Positions 11,085 through 21,964 of a stretch of DNA of 64,000 bases are shown piece after piece. This stretch comes from an uncultured delta proteobacterium. GTDB taxonomy: Bacteria > Desulfobacterota > Binatia > UBA9968. Made by a program: the position numbers and the translations under genes. Where the stretch lies: the NCBI GenBank assembly GCA_963737905.1, contig CAVTUQ010000025.1, forward strand, positions 1 to 64,000, read 5' to 3'. Within the stretch, counting starts at the first letter, position 1. Every line of letters starts with the position of its first letter. Below the pieces are notes generated by a model. That model was not told the origin of the DNA, made no database searches, and was given only the letters and a program-made list of their open reading frames with translations.

Positions 11085-11552
11085 ATGATCCGGACAAAAA
11101 GGAGGCAAGACATGCCAACTGATCGCAGTGACGATTCAACTTCCGGGAGTGAACGCGGGTACGATCATAACGCACAGGCGCGCGGTTACCCCGATGCCGG
11201 CGGCGAATACGACGTTTCGACGCAGGTCAGCATCTCAGTCGAACACTCGGCTGCTTCCGTGTCGATCGCAGGGCCTTACGTGGGCCGGGGTCCGCGTGGA
11301 TATACACGCTCGGAAGAGCGGACCAGAGAAGACGTCTGCGAGCGGTTGACCGAACACGGTCAGATCGACGCACGCAATATCGAGGTCACGATTGAAAACG
11401 GCGAGATCACATTGAGCGGTACGGTAGAGAGTCTCCGTGCCAAGCGACTCGCAGAAGACATTGCGTATTCAGTGAAGTGGGTGAAAGAAGTTCACAATCG
11501 TTTACGGGTAGCCGCTCCTCGTTCAGAGGAAGTAGACACCAGACTCAGTTAA
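11085..11552 (+). CDS. BON domain protein
   Basis: GRGPRGYTRSEER.REDVCERLTEH..IDARNIEVTIENGEITLSGTV...KRLAEDIA..VKEVHNRLRV. Confidence 0.85.
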   Translation: MIRTKRRQDMPTDRSDDSTSGSERGYDHNAQARGYPDAGGEYDVSTQVSISVEHSAASVSIAGPYVGRGPRGYTRSEERTREDVCERLTEHGQIDARNIEVTIENGEITLSGTVESLRAKRLAEDIAYSVKWVKEVHNRLRVAAPRSEEVDTRLS

Positions 11553-11587
11553 CGAGGTACATCGAGCAGTCCAAAAGGAGATGTTTT

Positions 11588-11932
11588 ATGGCACAATCCA
11601 TCCGCTATCTCATACGAAGAGTAAATGGCCGCATCCGAGCGAACTTCAATTGGCCGGGCGTGATTACAGCACGCTCGGTTGTGCACGTTACAGCAAGTGA
11701 GGTAGGGGTAGGCACGACGCAGCTGCATCCCACACCCCCGGTACAAGATTTCTTCTATAACCTCGGTGCTGCTGATGTTTGGGTTTCAAACATCTCTCCG
11801 CATAAGAACGAATTCACCAGTGACCCAGGCGGAGTCAGTTTCATTTTGCACGTAGACTGGTCAAGTCCGTTGGATGTTGCAGTCACTATTACCGTAGAAG
11901 ACGCCCTTCCGGTGGAGATTCAGGGCTACTGA
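11588..11932 (+). CDS. Hypothetical small beta-rich protein (114 aa)
   Basis: Clean ORF with an AAGGAG RBS and protein-like composition; no family recognised. Confidence 0.7.
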   Translation: MAQSIRYLIRRVNGRIRANFNWPGVITARSVVHVTASEVGVGTTQLHPTPPVQDFFYNLGAADVWVSNISPHKNEFTSDPGGVSFILHVDWSSPLDVAVTITVEDALPVEIQGY

Positions 11933-12384
11933 TGTTAATAATGCTTCGCACTTTGCCAAGGAGAAAGGTATGAAACGAATCACCGCGAACACCAGAAGCG
12001 GAGGCTGGCTCATATAGGGCGAGCGGACATCGAATTGAGAATGCGCTGAGTGAATATCAGATGTGCAGTGCACGATACTGAATACACAAAAATTTTCTAG
12101 CCGCTGTGTTCGAACTGTGCTCGTTCAAAACGAGAAAATCATCTCGTCTGGACGGTTATGTGACTATCCCTGGTGCTTCGCTTTTCAAAGTTGCTGCGGA
12201 CTGCACTCCCGTATCGGTTGATCGCTGAATTGCGGCACGCACCGCTGCTTCATTCGGATAATAATTCTCTGAGAGATCGCTGGATGTCTACGTACCGTGA
12301 TGTCTCTTGCTGTCCTACCACGTCTATAATGCGGGGTATTGCAGACTATCACTCTCCGACCAATGGCGACTCGTGCTGATACGT

Positions 12385-12492
12385 TTTGTCAGCGATGCGG
12401 ACCTCCAAGAAGCCTCAGAGCGCCAGCAGGCTTATCTGGCAAAGCAGAAACAGGAACCAACGACGGTCACCCCGATGACCGCCGGGAATTGA
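12385..12492 (+). pseudogene. C-terminal stub of a tyrosine integrase
   Basis: VSDADLQEASERQQAYL resembles the tail following the catalytic Tyr (..RYNIVSxxDL..A..RQ..YL) of tRNA-targeting integrases, and it ends just before the arm repeats and the tRNA. Confidence 0.5.
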
Positions 12493-12575
12493 AAACATTC
12501 GGACAAAAATTCGGACAATGGGAAGTCCTGGGAAGGTTTCAAGGGGTCGAACGATGTCCAACCCCTTGAAAAAAT

Positions 12576-12651
<76 letters not shown>

Positions 12652-12656
12652 AATTT

Positions 12657-13520
12657 TAGCTTATGATCGCTTTGAGATATTCGACTACCCGAGTCCCTGA
12701 GATCCGGCCTTTTCAACGCATACGCAACGGTGGCCTGCACGAAACCAAACTTGTCGCCGATATCATACCGTTCTCCTTGAAACTCGCAGCCGTACATCTT
12801 GCGAGCATGGACCAATTGCGACAATCCATCGGTCAACTGAATTTCGCCGCCTTTTCCAGAAGGCAGGCTTTGCAAAATAGCAAAAATTTCAGGACGCAGA
12901 ACATAGCGGCCGATGATTGCCATTCTCGAGGGCGCCTCACTTGCTATCGGCTTCTCAACCGTAGCTTCGATCTGGTAGAGTCGGTTTTCTATTTGCGTGC
13001 CTTTGATGACCCCGTAGTGATGCACATGCTCCAGGGGAACCTGCATCAGCGCGATCACGGATTCTTTCTTGTCATCGAATATGTCCAACAACTGCTTGAT
13101 ACATGGCGTATCGTTAACGATCAAGTCGTCGGCTAACATCACGGCAAACGGCTCGTTCCCGACCAAATCGCGCGCGCAGAGAACCGCATGTCCCAACCCT
13201 AGCGGTTTTTTTTGTCGAACCGACACCACTTCCGTCATTTCGGCGATCCGGCGCAGCGTTTTAACCATTTCTGTCTGCCCCCGGTCGGTTAAGACCTGCT
13301 CTAACTCCGGCGCCTCATCGAAGTGGTCTTCGATGCTGTCTTTGCCTCTCCCGGTAACGAAGATAATTTCCTGGATTCCCGCGTCAACCGCTTCTTGAAC
13401 AACGTACTGAATCGAGGGGATGTCGACGATAGGCAAAAGCTCTTTGGGCACCGTTTTGGTGGCCGGTAAAAAGCGGGTACCCAAACCCGCCACCGGTATG
13501 ACAGCTTTTCGGACCTTCAT
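12657..13520 (-). CDS. galU: UTP-glucose-1-phosphate uridylyltransferase
   Basis: KAVIPVAGLGTRFLPATKTVPKELLPIVD, LGLGHAV, VEKP, GEIQLTD; the true stop is probably near 12657 after an indel (..VVEYLKAIIS*). Confidence 0.95.
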
Positions 13521-13539
13521 GGGAACGCGGAGATTGTTA

Positions 13540-13905
13540 CTAGATCACCCTTCTTGCTTTTCGCTCTTCGATTTCTTGGCTGGACTTGCATCCAATGCAG
13601 AGCGTGGTTACGGGACGCGCCTTGAGGCGCTCGATTCCGATCTCTTCTCCACATTCTTCGCAGATACCGTAGTTGCCGTCGTCAAGCCGCCTCAGCGCTT
13701 CTTGAATTTTGAAAATCAGTTTACGTTCACGGTCGCGAATGCGCAGCACCGAGTTTCTGTTCGATTCCATCGAGGCTCTGTCGGCAGGATCCGGAAAGTT
13801 CTCGTCTTCGTCCATGTCCTCCACAGTTTTGCCGGCTTCAGAACGGAGCTCTTGCATGCGCTGGTTCAGGAGATTTCGAAAGCACTCGATTTCCTTGTTG
13901 GTCAC
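13540..13905 (-). CDS. dksA: RNA polymerase-binding protein DksA
   Basis: FPDPADRAS coiled-coil tip; C4 zinc finger CEECG...RLKARPVTTLCIGCK. Confidence 0.93.
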   Translation of the reverse strand: MTNKEIECFRNLLNQRMQELRSEAGKTVEDMDEDENFPDPADRASMESNRNSVLRIRDRERKLIFKIQEALRRLDDGNYGICEECGEEIGIERLKARPVTTLCIGCKSSQEIEERKARRVI

Positions 13906-14006
13906 TTTAGATTCGCCTATCCGCGATTCAAGAGTGAACTTATAACATTATAAGATTCGGATGTAAAAGGGGCCAACCGCCGCCAAGCCAGGCAAATTTC
14001 CCGAGT

Positions 14007-14822
14007 TCATTCGCCGAAGGCGACCGGATGCGGATGCATGAGAACGAACACCTCGGTGGATTTAGGCAACATCGCGCGACTCAATTCCAATTGGGAGTTA
14101 CTGATTTTTCGCACCGGGTAGTGCTCTTTGGCAAACGCTGTAAACAGCTCCCCCTGGCGGGCAACGTCGTAATGCATTGGAATCACGATGGGAGGTTTAA
14201 CCTGGTCGATCACTTTCATGATGTCTTCGAAGCCGAGATTGGTCATTGCATCGATGGGGATCATCATCACGTCGACCCTTTGCATGACCTTTTCTTGCTC
14301 TGGGGTAAGCAGATGCCCGATATTCCCCAAATGAGCGAGACAAAGGCTTCCCATTTCATAAATAAAAATAGAGTTGGCGACTGCGCCCCAACTTTGTCCC
14401 CGCTGGCTCGGTATATTGACAATGGTGATGTCTTTCACACTGGTTCGTATCGGATTCCAAGTCTGCCGGAAGGTGATGCCGCGCAAAATGATCGGATTGC
14501 CGGTAACCGCTCCCGTATTGTTGTGCGTAAAGTGATCGTTGCTGACTGTGACCGCGTCAGCCTGGATCCCGGGTGTGACATTGAAATTTGGATCCGCCAC
14601 TACTTTGGTCTGACTGCCGGAATGGATTAAAAAACTCGAATGGCCATACCATTGGATAAAATAGTGACCTAGAGATGGTCCCCGACCGGGCCGGGTCTGG
14701 ACCAACTGTCGCACCTGCCCCAACAGCCGAACCAAGGAAGGATTGCAGATTGCGTGCGCGACGTCTCGGAGGAAAAGTAACAATGCCGTCGCGACCAAAC
14801 CGATAAACCCACGCCGTTTCAT
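14007..14822 (-). CDS. Exported MBL-fold metallo-hydrolase
   Basis: MKRRGFIG signal-like start, WYGHSSF, SNDHFTHN (variant metal motif), AHLGNIGH, IPMHY. Confidence 0.8.
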   Translation of the reverse strand: MKRRGFIGLVATALLLFLRDVAHAICNPSLVRLLGQVRQLVQTRPGRGPSLGHYFIQWYGHSSFLIHSGSQTKVVADPNFNVTPGIQADAVTVSNDHFTHNNTGAVTGNPIILRGITFRQTWNPIRTSVKDITIVNIPSQRGQSWGAVANSIFIYEMGSLCLAHLGNIGHLLTPEQEKVMQRVDVMMIPIDAMTNLGFEDIMKVIDQVKPPIVIPMHYDVARQGELFTAFAKEHYPVRKISNSQLELSRAMLPKSTEVFVLMHPHPVAFGE

Positions 14823-15379
14823 AGCTGCTCCTCGATAATCAACGCAGTAAAGCCTGACATCTGAGTATCCGAATCCTTCCAGGCGTTCTTTCGTAGACCG
14901 GCTTTTAGACACGTCTGTTCGAGAAAAGTCTCAATATCCCATCCGTATTGGGTCGCAACTTGCGGAAGAAGAACACCACGTTTGTCACCCGAAGCAACAT
15001 AAAAACCGTGCTGGCCGATCTTTAGGGCGAGGGGATCGCCCACGGGCTGCAAAGGTGAAAGTACGGTAATATCGATTCGGATTTCCGCGAGTTCTTTTTT
15101 GGACACCGGCTTGACCCTGGGATCTCGCGACGCGGCTGCTTCTGTCATCTCGGTAACGGTTTCAAACAACCGAGCCTTGGGCGCACAATTGCCGATGCAA
15201 CCTCTGAGCTCTTCCTTCTTATGCAAACTCACGAACGCACCATATTCACGGCTCTGAAGGTAGGGATCGTCGATCTCTTCTCTCTGTCGCTTTATGCCCC
15301 GGACAAAGTTCTCCAGGGCGAGACGTGATAATTCCATGAGTTTTCTTTGCGACTCGGAGGGAAGGTAGACATTCGTCAT
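14819..15379 (-). CDS. AmmeMemoRadiSam system protein A (AMMECR1 domain)
   Basis: GAFVSL..LRGCIG, DPRV.PV...EL, GVLLPQVA, LCLKAG-like motifs. Confidence 0.9.
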   Translation of the reverse strand: MTNVYLPSESQRKLMELSRLALENFVRGIKRQREEIDDPYLQSREYGAFVSLHKKEELRGCIGNCAPKARLFETVTEMTEAAASRDPRVKPVSKKELAEIRIDITVLSPLQPVGDPLALKIGQHGFYVASGDKRGVLLPQVATQYGWDIETFLEQTCLKAGLRKNAWKDSDTQMSGFTALIIEEQL

Positions 15380-15572
15380 CTTTTCTTTTTCCCGCCTGAT
15401 TGGGGCCGAGTTTATCGCCGTCCTGGCCTCGTTACAAGCAGTAGCTTCCGAACGTTTCCCCTCTAGGCTTCAAGTTCTGTCGACAATATTCTCCGCGGAG
15501 ACAACCTTTCTTTGATTTACTGGTTCTGCTATCTTCCTAGAAAAAAATACAGTGACGAAAAAGAGGACGTCG

Positions 15573-15893
15573 ATGATCTCAATTGATGAATTCAGGAAGG
15601 TGGACCTCAAGGTGGCGACAATAAAGGGCGTTGAGCCCCATCCCAACGCCGACAAACTGATGGTGCTTCAGATCGACCTGGGTTCCGAACAGCGACAGAT
15701 TTGCGCCGGCATCAGAAATCACTATGCGCCCGAAGAGCTTATCGGCAGACAAATCGTGGTAGTCGCCAACCTTGAAACCGCTAAACTGCGTGGCCTGGAA
15801 AGCCAGGGTATGCTTCTCGCCGCTTCAGATGAAGGGCGTGTTATACTGTTGACGCCCGAAAAAGCCGTCGAGCCCGGTTCCAAGGTATCTTGA
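15573..15893 (+). CDS. Stand-alone tRNA-binding OB-fold protein (MetRS C-terminal/Trbp111/CsaA-like)
   Basis: ISIDEFRKVDLKV, HPNADKL, RQICAGI, VANL..AKLRGLESQGMLLAA. Confidence 0.9.
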   Translation: MISIDEFRKVDLKVATIKGVEPHPNADKLMVLQIDLGSEQRQICAGIRNHYAPEELIGRQIVVVANLETAKLRGLESQGMLLAASDEGRVILLTPEKAVEPGSKVS

Positions 15894-15915
15894 TCGTTTA
15901 TATCTAAGTCAATTC

Positions 15916-17050
15916 ATGGCCACCATTCCACGGGGACGCCCTACCGTTTGTTTCGTTGATCTCAATGCCCTGGGTTGGAACTTCCGCCAGATCCGCTCCA
16001 AGGTCGGATCTCAGGTCAAAGTTCTTTCCATGGTCAAGGCAAACGGTTACGGCCATGGCGCCACGGCCATTTCGAAAGCTCTGGCCGCTGAAGGCAGCGA
16101 CGCTTTTGGGGTTGCAACTCTTGAGGAGGGAGTCGAACTCCGGCAAGCGGGAATCCAGACACCGATTCTAGTTTTGGCGGGTGCATATGCGGAACAAGTC
16201 GATCAATTTTTCGACAACTCTTTGACACCGGTCATCCACGCATTGGAGAGCCTCGCCGAACTCGACCTGGCGGTGCACGGTCGTAAAAAGGCGCTGAACG
16301 TTCACTTAAAGGTGGACACCGGCATGGGACGAATCGGACTTCCCGCCACCGAGAGTCGATTCCTGGCTGCCAAAAATCAAAAACCTAAGGGCCCTCAAGA
16401 TCGAAGGAGTTTTCTCACATTTCTCCCACGCAGAGAGCGTCGAGGGCAGCTACACCCGCCAGCAACTGCAGGTTTTTCAGAGCATCGTCGAGAGACTGCG
16501 CGCCGAGGGGATCAGACCACCGCTCGTGCACCTGGCAAACAGCGCGGCAACGATTACTTTACCCGCGGCTTACTTTGATATGGTCCGACCCGGTTTGATG
16601 CTCTATGGGATCTATCCCTCCCCAGCCATGGCGAGTCAGATTTGTTTGAAGCCCGTCTTATCGTGGAAAACTCGCATTCTCCAGCTGAAGAAAGTTCCGT
16701 CCGGCTCGAGCATTAGTTATGGCCAGACCTTTGTTACAAAACGCGAGAGCCTCATCGCCACGCTGCCATTGGGATATGCGGACGGCTATCCGCGACTGCT
16801 CTCCAATCGCGGCGAAGTCTTGGTCGGCGGGAAGCGAGCGCCGGTAGCGGGAAGAGTGTGCATGGATTTGACTATGGTCGATGTTACCGATATAGAAAAA
16901 ATACAGCCGGGAGATGAGGTTGTTCTCCTCGGTCGTCAAGGCGACGCGGAAATCTCCGCCGACGAGATGGCCGCTTGGGCAAACACAATCTCGTACGAGA
17001 TTCTCACCTCCATCAGCAATCGAGTTCCCCGCATTCATTACAAACCTTAG
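15916..17050 (+). CDS. alr: Alanine racemase (one frameshift near 16360)
   Basis: VKANGYGHG PLP-lysine motif, HLKVDTGMGRIG, HLANSAA, VRPGLMLYG, GYADG, GRVCMD. Confidence 0.95.
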
Positions 17051-17064
17051 GAGGATCACCAGCA

Positions 17065-18639
17065 GTGGGCAGGATTCAAAGGGCCCTGATCAGCGTTTCT
17101 GACAAGAAAGGCATCGTAGAGTTTTCCCGAGCCCTGGCGGACTTGGGTGTCGAGCTCGTTTCCACCGGCGGTACGGCTTCTTTGCTTCGCGACAACAAAA
17201 TTCGCGTCAAGGATGTTTCCGAGATCACGGGCTTTCCGGAAATGATGGACGGCCGGGTAAAGACGCTTCACCCGAAAGTTCATGGCGGAATTCTCGCTTT
17301 GAGAGACAATCCCGAACACGTCGCCAAGATGAAAGAACATGGGATCGTCCCTATCGATCTGGTGGTCGTCAATCTTTATCCTTTCGAGGCGACGGTAGCC
17401 CGCGGCGCATCTTTCGATGAGATCGTCGAGAATATCGACATCGGCGGTCCGAGTATGGTTCGGGCGGGAGCGAAGAATTATCAACACGTCGGCGTGATCG
17501 TCGATCCCGAGGACTATAGCTCTACTCTTGCCGAACTGAAACAAAACGGCTGCTCGCTCTCGCCAGAAACCCACTTCCGGCTCTTTTGCAAAGCCTTCCA
17601 GCATACGTCCCATTATGACGGCGCCATCTCGAACTATTTTTCCGCCCTCGACGAGAACAAGAAACCGGCCCCCTGGGGCCAAACGGTCAACATACAAATC
17701 TCCAAGATTCAGGACATGCGGTACGGCGAGAACCCTCATCAAGGGGCCGCTTTTTACGCCACGCAGGGAGAGATGGGTCCTTCCATCACGCGAGCAAAGC
17801 AGTTTCAAGGTAAGGAACTCTCTTTTAACAATATCTTGGATGCGGACGCGGCGTTGAGCACGGTGCTGGAATTCTCAGACATCGCAGCGGTAGCCATCAA
17901 GCACAACAATCCCTGCGGCGTCGCCCTGGCAAAGAACTCCCAGGCGGACGCGTTCCGTAAAGCCAAGGCCTGCGATCCAGTGTCTATCTTTGGCGGCGTC
18001 ATCGCGTTCAATCGACCCGTCGAAGAGGAAACCGCAAAAGAACTCAAAGAGATTTTTCTTGAAATCGTTATCGCCCCGAGCTTTACTCCGGAGGCGAAGG
18101 TGGTGCTTTCGTCGGCGAAGCGGCTGCTCAATATCCGGCTGCTGGAATTAGATATGAGCCAGCCCCAGGCTGGCGGCTACGACCTGCGCCGCGTTCGTGG
18201 CGGCATTTTGCTTCAAGACTGGGATACCGGGTCCGTTGATGTGCGCGCTTGCAAAGTGGTGACGCAACGAAAGCCAACCGAACAAGAATATCAAGCGCTG
18301 GACTTCGCTTGGCGGGTGTGCCGGCATGTCAAATCCAATACGATAGTCTTTGCCTCACCGGATCAGCTTCTCGGCGTGGGTGCCGGTCAGATGAGCCGCG
18401 TGGATTCGGCCAAGATCGCGGTGATGCGGGCCGCCACCCACGGGTTGGACCTAAGAGGCTCGGCGGTGGCTTCGGACGCTTTCTATCCTTTCCGGGACGG
18501 TGTCGATGAAGCAGCAAAGGCGGGCGCCGCGGCAGTCATCCAACCCGGTGGCTCCATCAAAGACGAGGAAGTCATCGCTGCAGCCAACGAGCATGACATG
18601 GCGATGATTTTCACCGGCATGAGACACTTTAGACATTAG
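17065..18639 (+). CDS. purH: Bifunctional AICAR transformylase/IMP cyclohydrolase
   Basis: [48 protein letters not shown]-terminal RHFRH. Confidence 0.97.
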   Translation: MGRIQRALISVSDKKGIVEFSRALADLGVELVSTGGTASLLRDNKIRVKDVSEITGFPEMMDGRVKTLHPKVHGGILALRDNPEHVAKMKEHGIVPIDLVVVNLYPFEATVARGASFDEIVENIDIGGPSMVRAGAKNYQHVGVIVDPEDYSSTLAELKQNGCSLSPETHFRLFCKAFQHTSHYDGAISNYFSALDENKKPAPWGQTVNIQISKIQDMRYGENPHQGAAFYATQGEMGPSITRAKQFQGKELSFNNILDADAALSTVLEFSDIAAVAIKHNNPCGVALAKNSQADAFRKAKACDPVSIFGGVIAFNRPVEEETAKELKEIFLEIVIAPSFTPEAKVVLSSAKRLLNIRLLELDMSQPQAGGYDLRRVRGGILLQDWDTGSVDVRACKVVTQRKPTEQEYQALDFAWRVCRHVKSNTIVFASPDQLLGVGAGQMSRVDSAKIAVMRAATHGLDLRGSAVASDAFYPFRDGVDEAAKAGAAAVIQPGGSIKDEEVIAAANEHDMAMIFTGMRHFRH

Positions 18640-18702
18640 TCGAGGATCGAAAATCGAGGATCGAAGATCGCGATCCTCCATCTTCCATCCTCCATCTTCG
18701 AC
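18640..18702. repeat. Inverted array of 7-nt tandem repeats (STRR-like hairpin) between purH and purD
   Basis: (RGATCGA)-like units followed by complementary (CATCYTC) units. Confidence 0.7.
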
Positions 18703-18707
18703 GTTTT

Positions 18708-19992
18708 ATGAAAATTCTGGTCATCGGCAGCGGCGGGCGCGAGCATGCTTTGGTGTGGAAATTCAGTCAAAGCCCGAAGGTTGAAAAAATCTTCTGTGCC
18801 CCGGGAAGCGCTGCCATTGGAGAACTGGCCGAGTGCGTTACCATCAATCCGGACGAGATCGGAAAGCTTGCGGACTTCGCCGAGAAAGAAAAAATCGATC
18901 TCACGGTCGTCGGACCGGAATTGCCACTCACCCTCGGAATAACCGATCTCTTCGAATCACGCGGCTTAAGAATTTTCGGTCCGAACAAAACAGCCGCTCA
19001 ACTGGAAGGCAGCAAGGTCTTCGCCAAAGAGATCTTGAAGCAAAACAGCATTCCTACAGCATCCTTTGGGACCTTTACGGATGCGGCGTCGGCTAAAAAA
19101 TATCTCGCCCAACAAAAACCGCCCTATGTGATTAAAGCGGATGGCCTTGCCGGGGGCAAAGGCGTTGTGATTTGCCTGGACATCAATGACGCCATAGCGG
19201 TTTGCGACAGTATCCTGGTGCAAAAAACTTTCGGTGAAGCAGGTGAAAAAATCGTAATCGAGGAATTTTTAGAAGGGGAAGAAGCCTCGTTCATGGTCCT
19301 TAGCGACGGTGACCATATTCTTCCACTAGCCTCTTCTCAGGATCACAAGCGTGTCTTAGATAACGACGAAGGACCGAATACCGGAGGGATGGGGGCTTAC
19401 TCACCCGCGCCCGTGGTGACTTCGGCCATGCATCAGCGCATCTTGGATGAGATTCTGAAGCCTCTTCTCTCTGGGCTCAAAAAATAAGGGGATTCGTTAT
19501 CGTGGCGTGATCTATGTCGGTCTGATGATCACGCAGTCGGGTCCCAAGGTATTGGAGTTCAACGCTCGTTTCGGCGACCCCGAATGCCAGCCGATCATGA
19601 TGCGGTTGAAAAGTGATCTCGTGCCATTGTTGGAGGCTACGATCGATGGAAAACTCAACCAGATCCAGCCGAAGTGGTACGAAGATCCGGCTGTTTGCGT
19701 GGTGTTGTCGGCCAGAGGCTATCCGGGACCGTACGGCAAAGGTTACGAGATTCGCGGACTGGATAAATTGAGGCATTGGGACAAGGGTTTTGTCTTTCAC
19801 GCGGGCACTGCGAAAGAGAACGGTCGCTGGCTTACGTCGGGAGGCCGCGTGCTCGGCGTCACTGCGAGGGGAAGCGACATTGGCAACGCCGTAACGAACG
19901 CTTATTCCGCCGTGAGCCAGATTAGTTGGGAAGGGATGCACTATCGCAAGGATATTGCCCGTAGGGCCTTGAAAACGGTTTCGGGTTCCTAG
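18708..19992 (+). CDS. purD: Phosphoribosylamine-glycine ligase (frameshift in a homopolymer near 19480)
   Basis: GSGGREHAL, LEGSK, KADGLAGGKGV, QDHKR, GPNTGGMGAYSP, EFNARFGDPE, GGRVL. Confidence 0.96.
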
Positions 19993-20066
19993 TTTCGGGT
20001 TCCGGGTTGGCAGACAAACCACTAAAACCAAAATGCAAAACAAGTGGTGAGGGGAGAAGTTAGATC

Positions 20067-20588
20067 ATGGCAGAGACGGGAAGACAACCAAAGGTGGGAA
20101 TTTTGATGGGCAGCGATTCTGATTTGGAAGTGATGCGGGAGGCGGAGAAACGACTCGACTATTTTGGAATCGCCTACGAGACGCGCATTATGTCCGCACA
20201 CCGCACACCGGATAAAGCGGCCGAATACGCTGCCACTGCGCAGCAGCGTGGGCTTGAAGTGATTATCTGCGGCGCGGGGGCTGCGGCACATCTTGCGGGC
20301 GCCATCGCCGCAAATACAACCTTGCCGGTGATCGGTATTCCCATTGATTCTTCCAGTCTCAAAGGTTTAGATGCGCTGCTCGCTACGGTACAAATGCCTG
20401 CAGGAATTCCGGTCGCAACCATGGCGATCGGCAAGGCCGGTGCGGCCAACGCCGGGATCTTTGCCGCCCAGATTGTGGGCCGCAAAGATGCAAAAGTCGC
20501 CGCCAAGCTCGCCGAATTCAAAAAGGAGATCGCCGCGGGTGTCGAAGACCGAGACCGCAAACTCCAAAGCACAAAACAAAGCGCCTGA
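20067..20588 (+). CDS. purE: N5-carboxyaminoimidazole ribonucleotide mutase
   Basis: MGSDSD, SAHRTP, AGAAAHLAG, VQMPAGIPVAT. Confidence 0.97.
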   Translation: MAETGRQPKVGILMGSDSDLEVMREAEKRLDYFGIAYETRIMSAHRTPDKAAEYAATAQQRGLEVIICGAGAAAHLAGAIAANTTLPVIGIPIDSSSLKGLDALLATVQMPAGIPVATMAIGKAGAANAGIFAAQIVGRKDAKVAAKLAEFKKEIAAGVEDRDRKLQSTKQSA

Positions 20589-21180
20589 GAACTTAGCCGC
20601 AGCCATCGAGCCACTCAAACGCGGTGGTGTGATCGTTTTTCCCACCGAGACTCTCTACGGCTTGGGCGCGGACGCGCTTAACGATGCCGCCGTGGAGAAA
20701 GTGTTTCGGCTAAAAGGTCGGGACCCACGGAGTCCGATCCCTGTACTTGTGGCTGACCAGGAAATGCTTCATACCTTGGCCGCGAAGGTACCGATGACAG
20801 CTCAGAAGTTGATGGATCGGTACTGGCCCGGACCGCTAACCCTGGTTCTGCCTGGGCGAAAGAATATTCCGAAGCCGCTTTGTAATCCGACCGGCGGAGT
20901 CGGTATGCGGATTTCGAGCCAGCCGATTGCAACATTACTCGTCAAGGGATTGGGTCGCCCGCTGACCGCCACCAGCGCCAATCCCTCGGGCAAAGAACCG
21001 GCTCGGACTCTTCAGGTGGCTAAGAATTACTTTGCCGACCGAGTGGATGTTTTCGTAGAGGGTGGAACACTGACTTCTAAGAGTGGTTCCACTGTAGTCG
21101 AAGTCATGGAGGACAGCATAAAAATTATCCGCGAAGGGGAGATCAGCGGAGCCGAGCTTCAGCGGTTTCTAGGCGGCTGA
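20539..21180 (+). CDS. tsaC: L-threonylcarbamoyladenylate synthase (Sua5/YrdC)
   Basis: FPTETLYGLG, KGR, WPGPLTLV, TSANPSG, STVV; GTG start inferred from an AAGGAG RBS. Confidence 0.9.
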   Translation: MSKTETANSKAQNKAPENLAAAIEPLKRGGVIVFPTETLYGLGADALNDAAVEKVFRLKGRDPRSPIPVLVADQEMLHTLAAKVPMTAQKLMDRYWPGPLTLVLPGRKNIPKPLCNPTGGVGMRISSQPIATLLVKGLGRPLTATSANPSGKEPARTLQVAKNYFADRVDVFVEGGTLTSKSGSTVVEVMEDSIKIIREGEISGAELQRFLGG

Positions 21181-21306
21181 TGAAAAAAGGCTAGGAACGC
21201 TTCGAGTGCCTCAGCATGAACGGAAAAACATTGATGATATCAGATCCACTCCGTTCGTCCTGAGCCGGTCGAAGGACTCCAAGAATGTTTTTCAGTGGCC
21301 TGCTAG
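21169..21306. repeat. ~138-bp CTAG-bounded MITE/REP-like element, copy 1
   Basis: Imperfect terminal inverted repeats (ctaggcggctgatgaaaa / tttttcagtggcctgctag); internal ctcagcatgaacgg...ccgttcgtcctgag hairpin; reverse-complement homolog at 24787-24925. Confidence 0.8.
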
Positions 21307-21351
21307 GACGAAAAGTCGTGGAGTAAAACTCTCAGCCACTCAATTAAAGTT

Positions 21352-21894
21352 TCATTGGTTTTTTGCACAAGACCTCTTGACCCGTCCGATCTCCTTGCCG
21401 TCCTCTCCTTCATAGTAGTCGACGTTTTTGTCTTTGATATAGAGCGCGCGAAGTCCAACTTGCTGGCCAACCGCCGCCGTTGCATAGGCGCCAACCTTAT
21501 TAGAGTCGGGATACTCGCAGATATCGGGGAATTCCATGGTGCTCACAGCCAGGTAACGAAGTTCCCTATCTCCCGTGTTGATAAGCTGATGGGGATATTC
21601 CGCACCCGGCGGACAAGCGATGACGGTTCCCGTCGTCACCACAAGCTCTTCTTTCCCAAACCTGAGCACTCCTGCTCCGTCGATAATGAAAATCATTTCT
21701 TCATTGCCACTGTGAGTATGGTAAGGGAAAGCCGCCTTCCCTGGAGGCACGCTGAAGAAGCTGTAGCCGAGTTTCTGCGCGCCCAACTGCGCGCCCACGC
21801 GTTGTCTGAACCCCCCAAACGGAGAGCCTTCCGGCGCGTTGATCTTATCCACCGCCATTTCTGAAAGATTGATCACATGTTTGTGCTTCGCCAT
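21352..21894 (-). CDS. Cupin domain protein
   Basis: PPGKAAFPYHTHSGNEE, PHQLINTG, YPDSNK. Confidence 0.9.
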   Translation of the reverse strand: MAKHKHVINLSEMAVDKINAPEGSPFGGFRQRVGAQLGAQKLGYSFFSVPPGKAAFPYHTHSGNEEMIFIIDGAGVLRFGKEELVVTTGTVIACPPGAEYPHQLINTGDRELRYLAVSTMEFPDICEYPDSNKVGAYATAAVGQQVGLRALYIKDKNVDYYEGEDGKEIGRVKRSCAKNQ

Positions 21895-21964
21895 AACGCC
21901 TCCTCGTGAACTTTCGCCTCACACACTACCATCCGCCACCGTCTTTGTGCTATCAGAATCACTT

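Noticed and set aside
18640-18702. Short repeats here and near 40420, 48260 and 50090 considered as CRISPR arrays
   Set aside because: The units are 7 nt with no unique spacers, and there are no cas genes.
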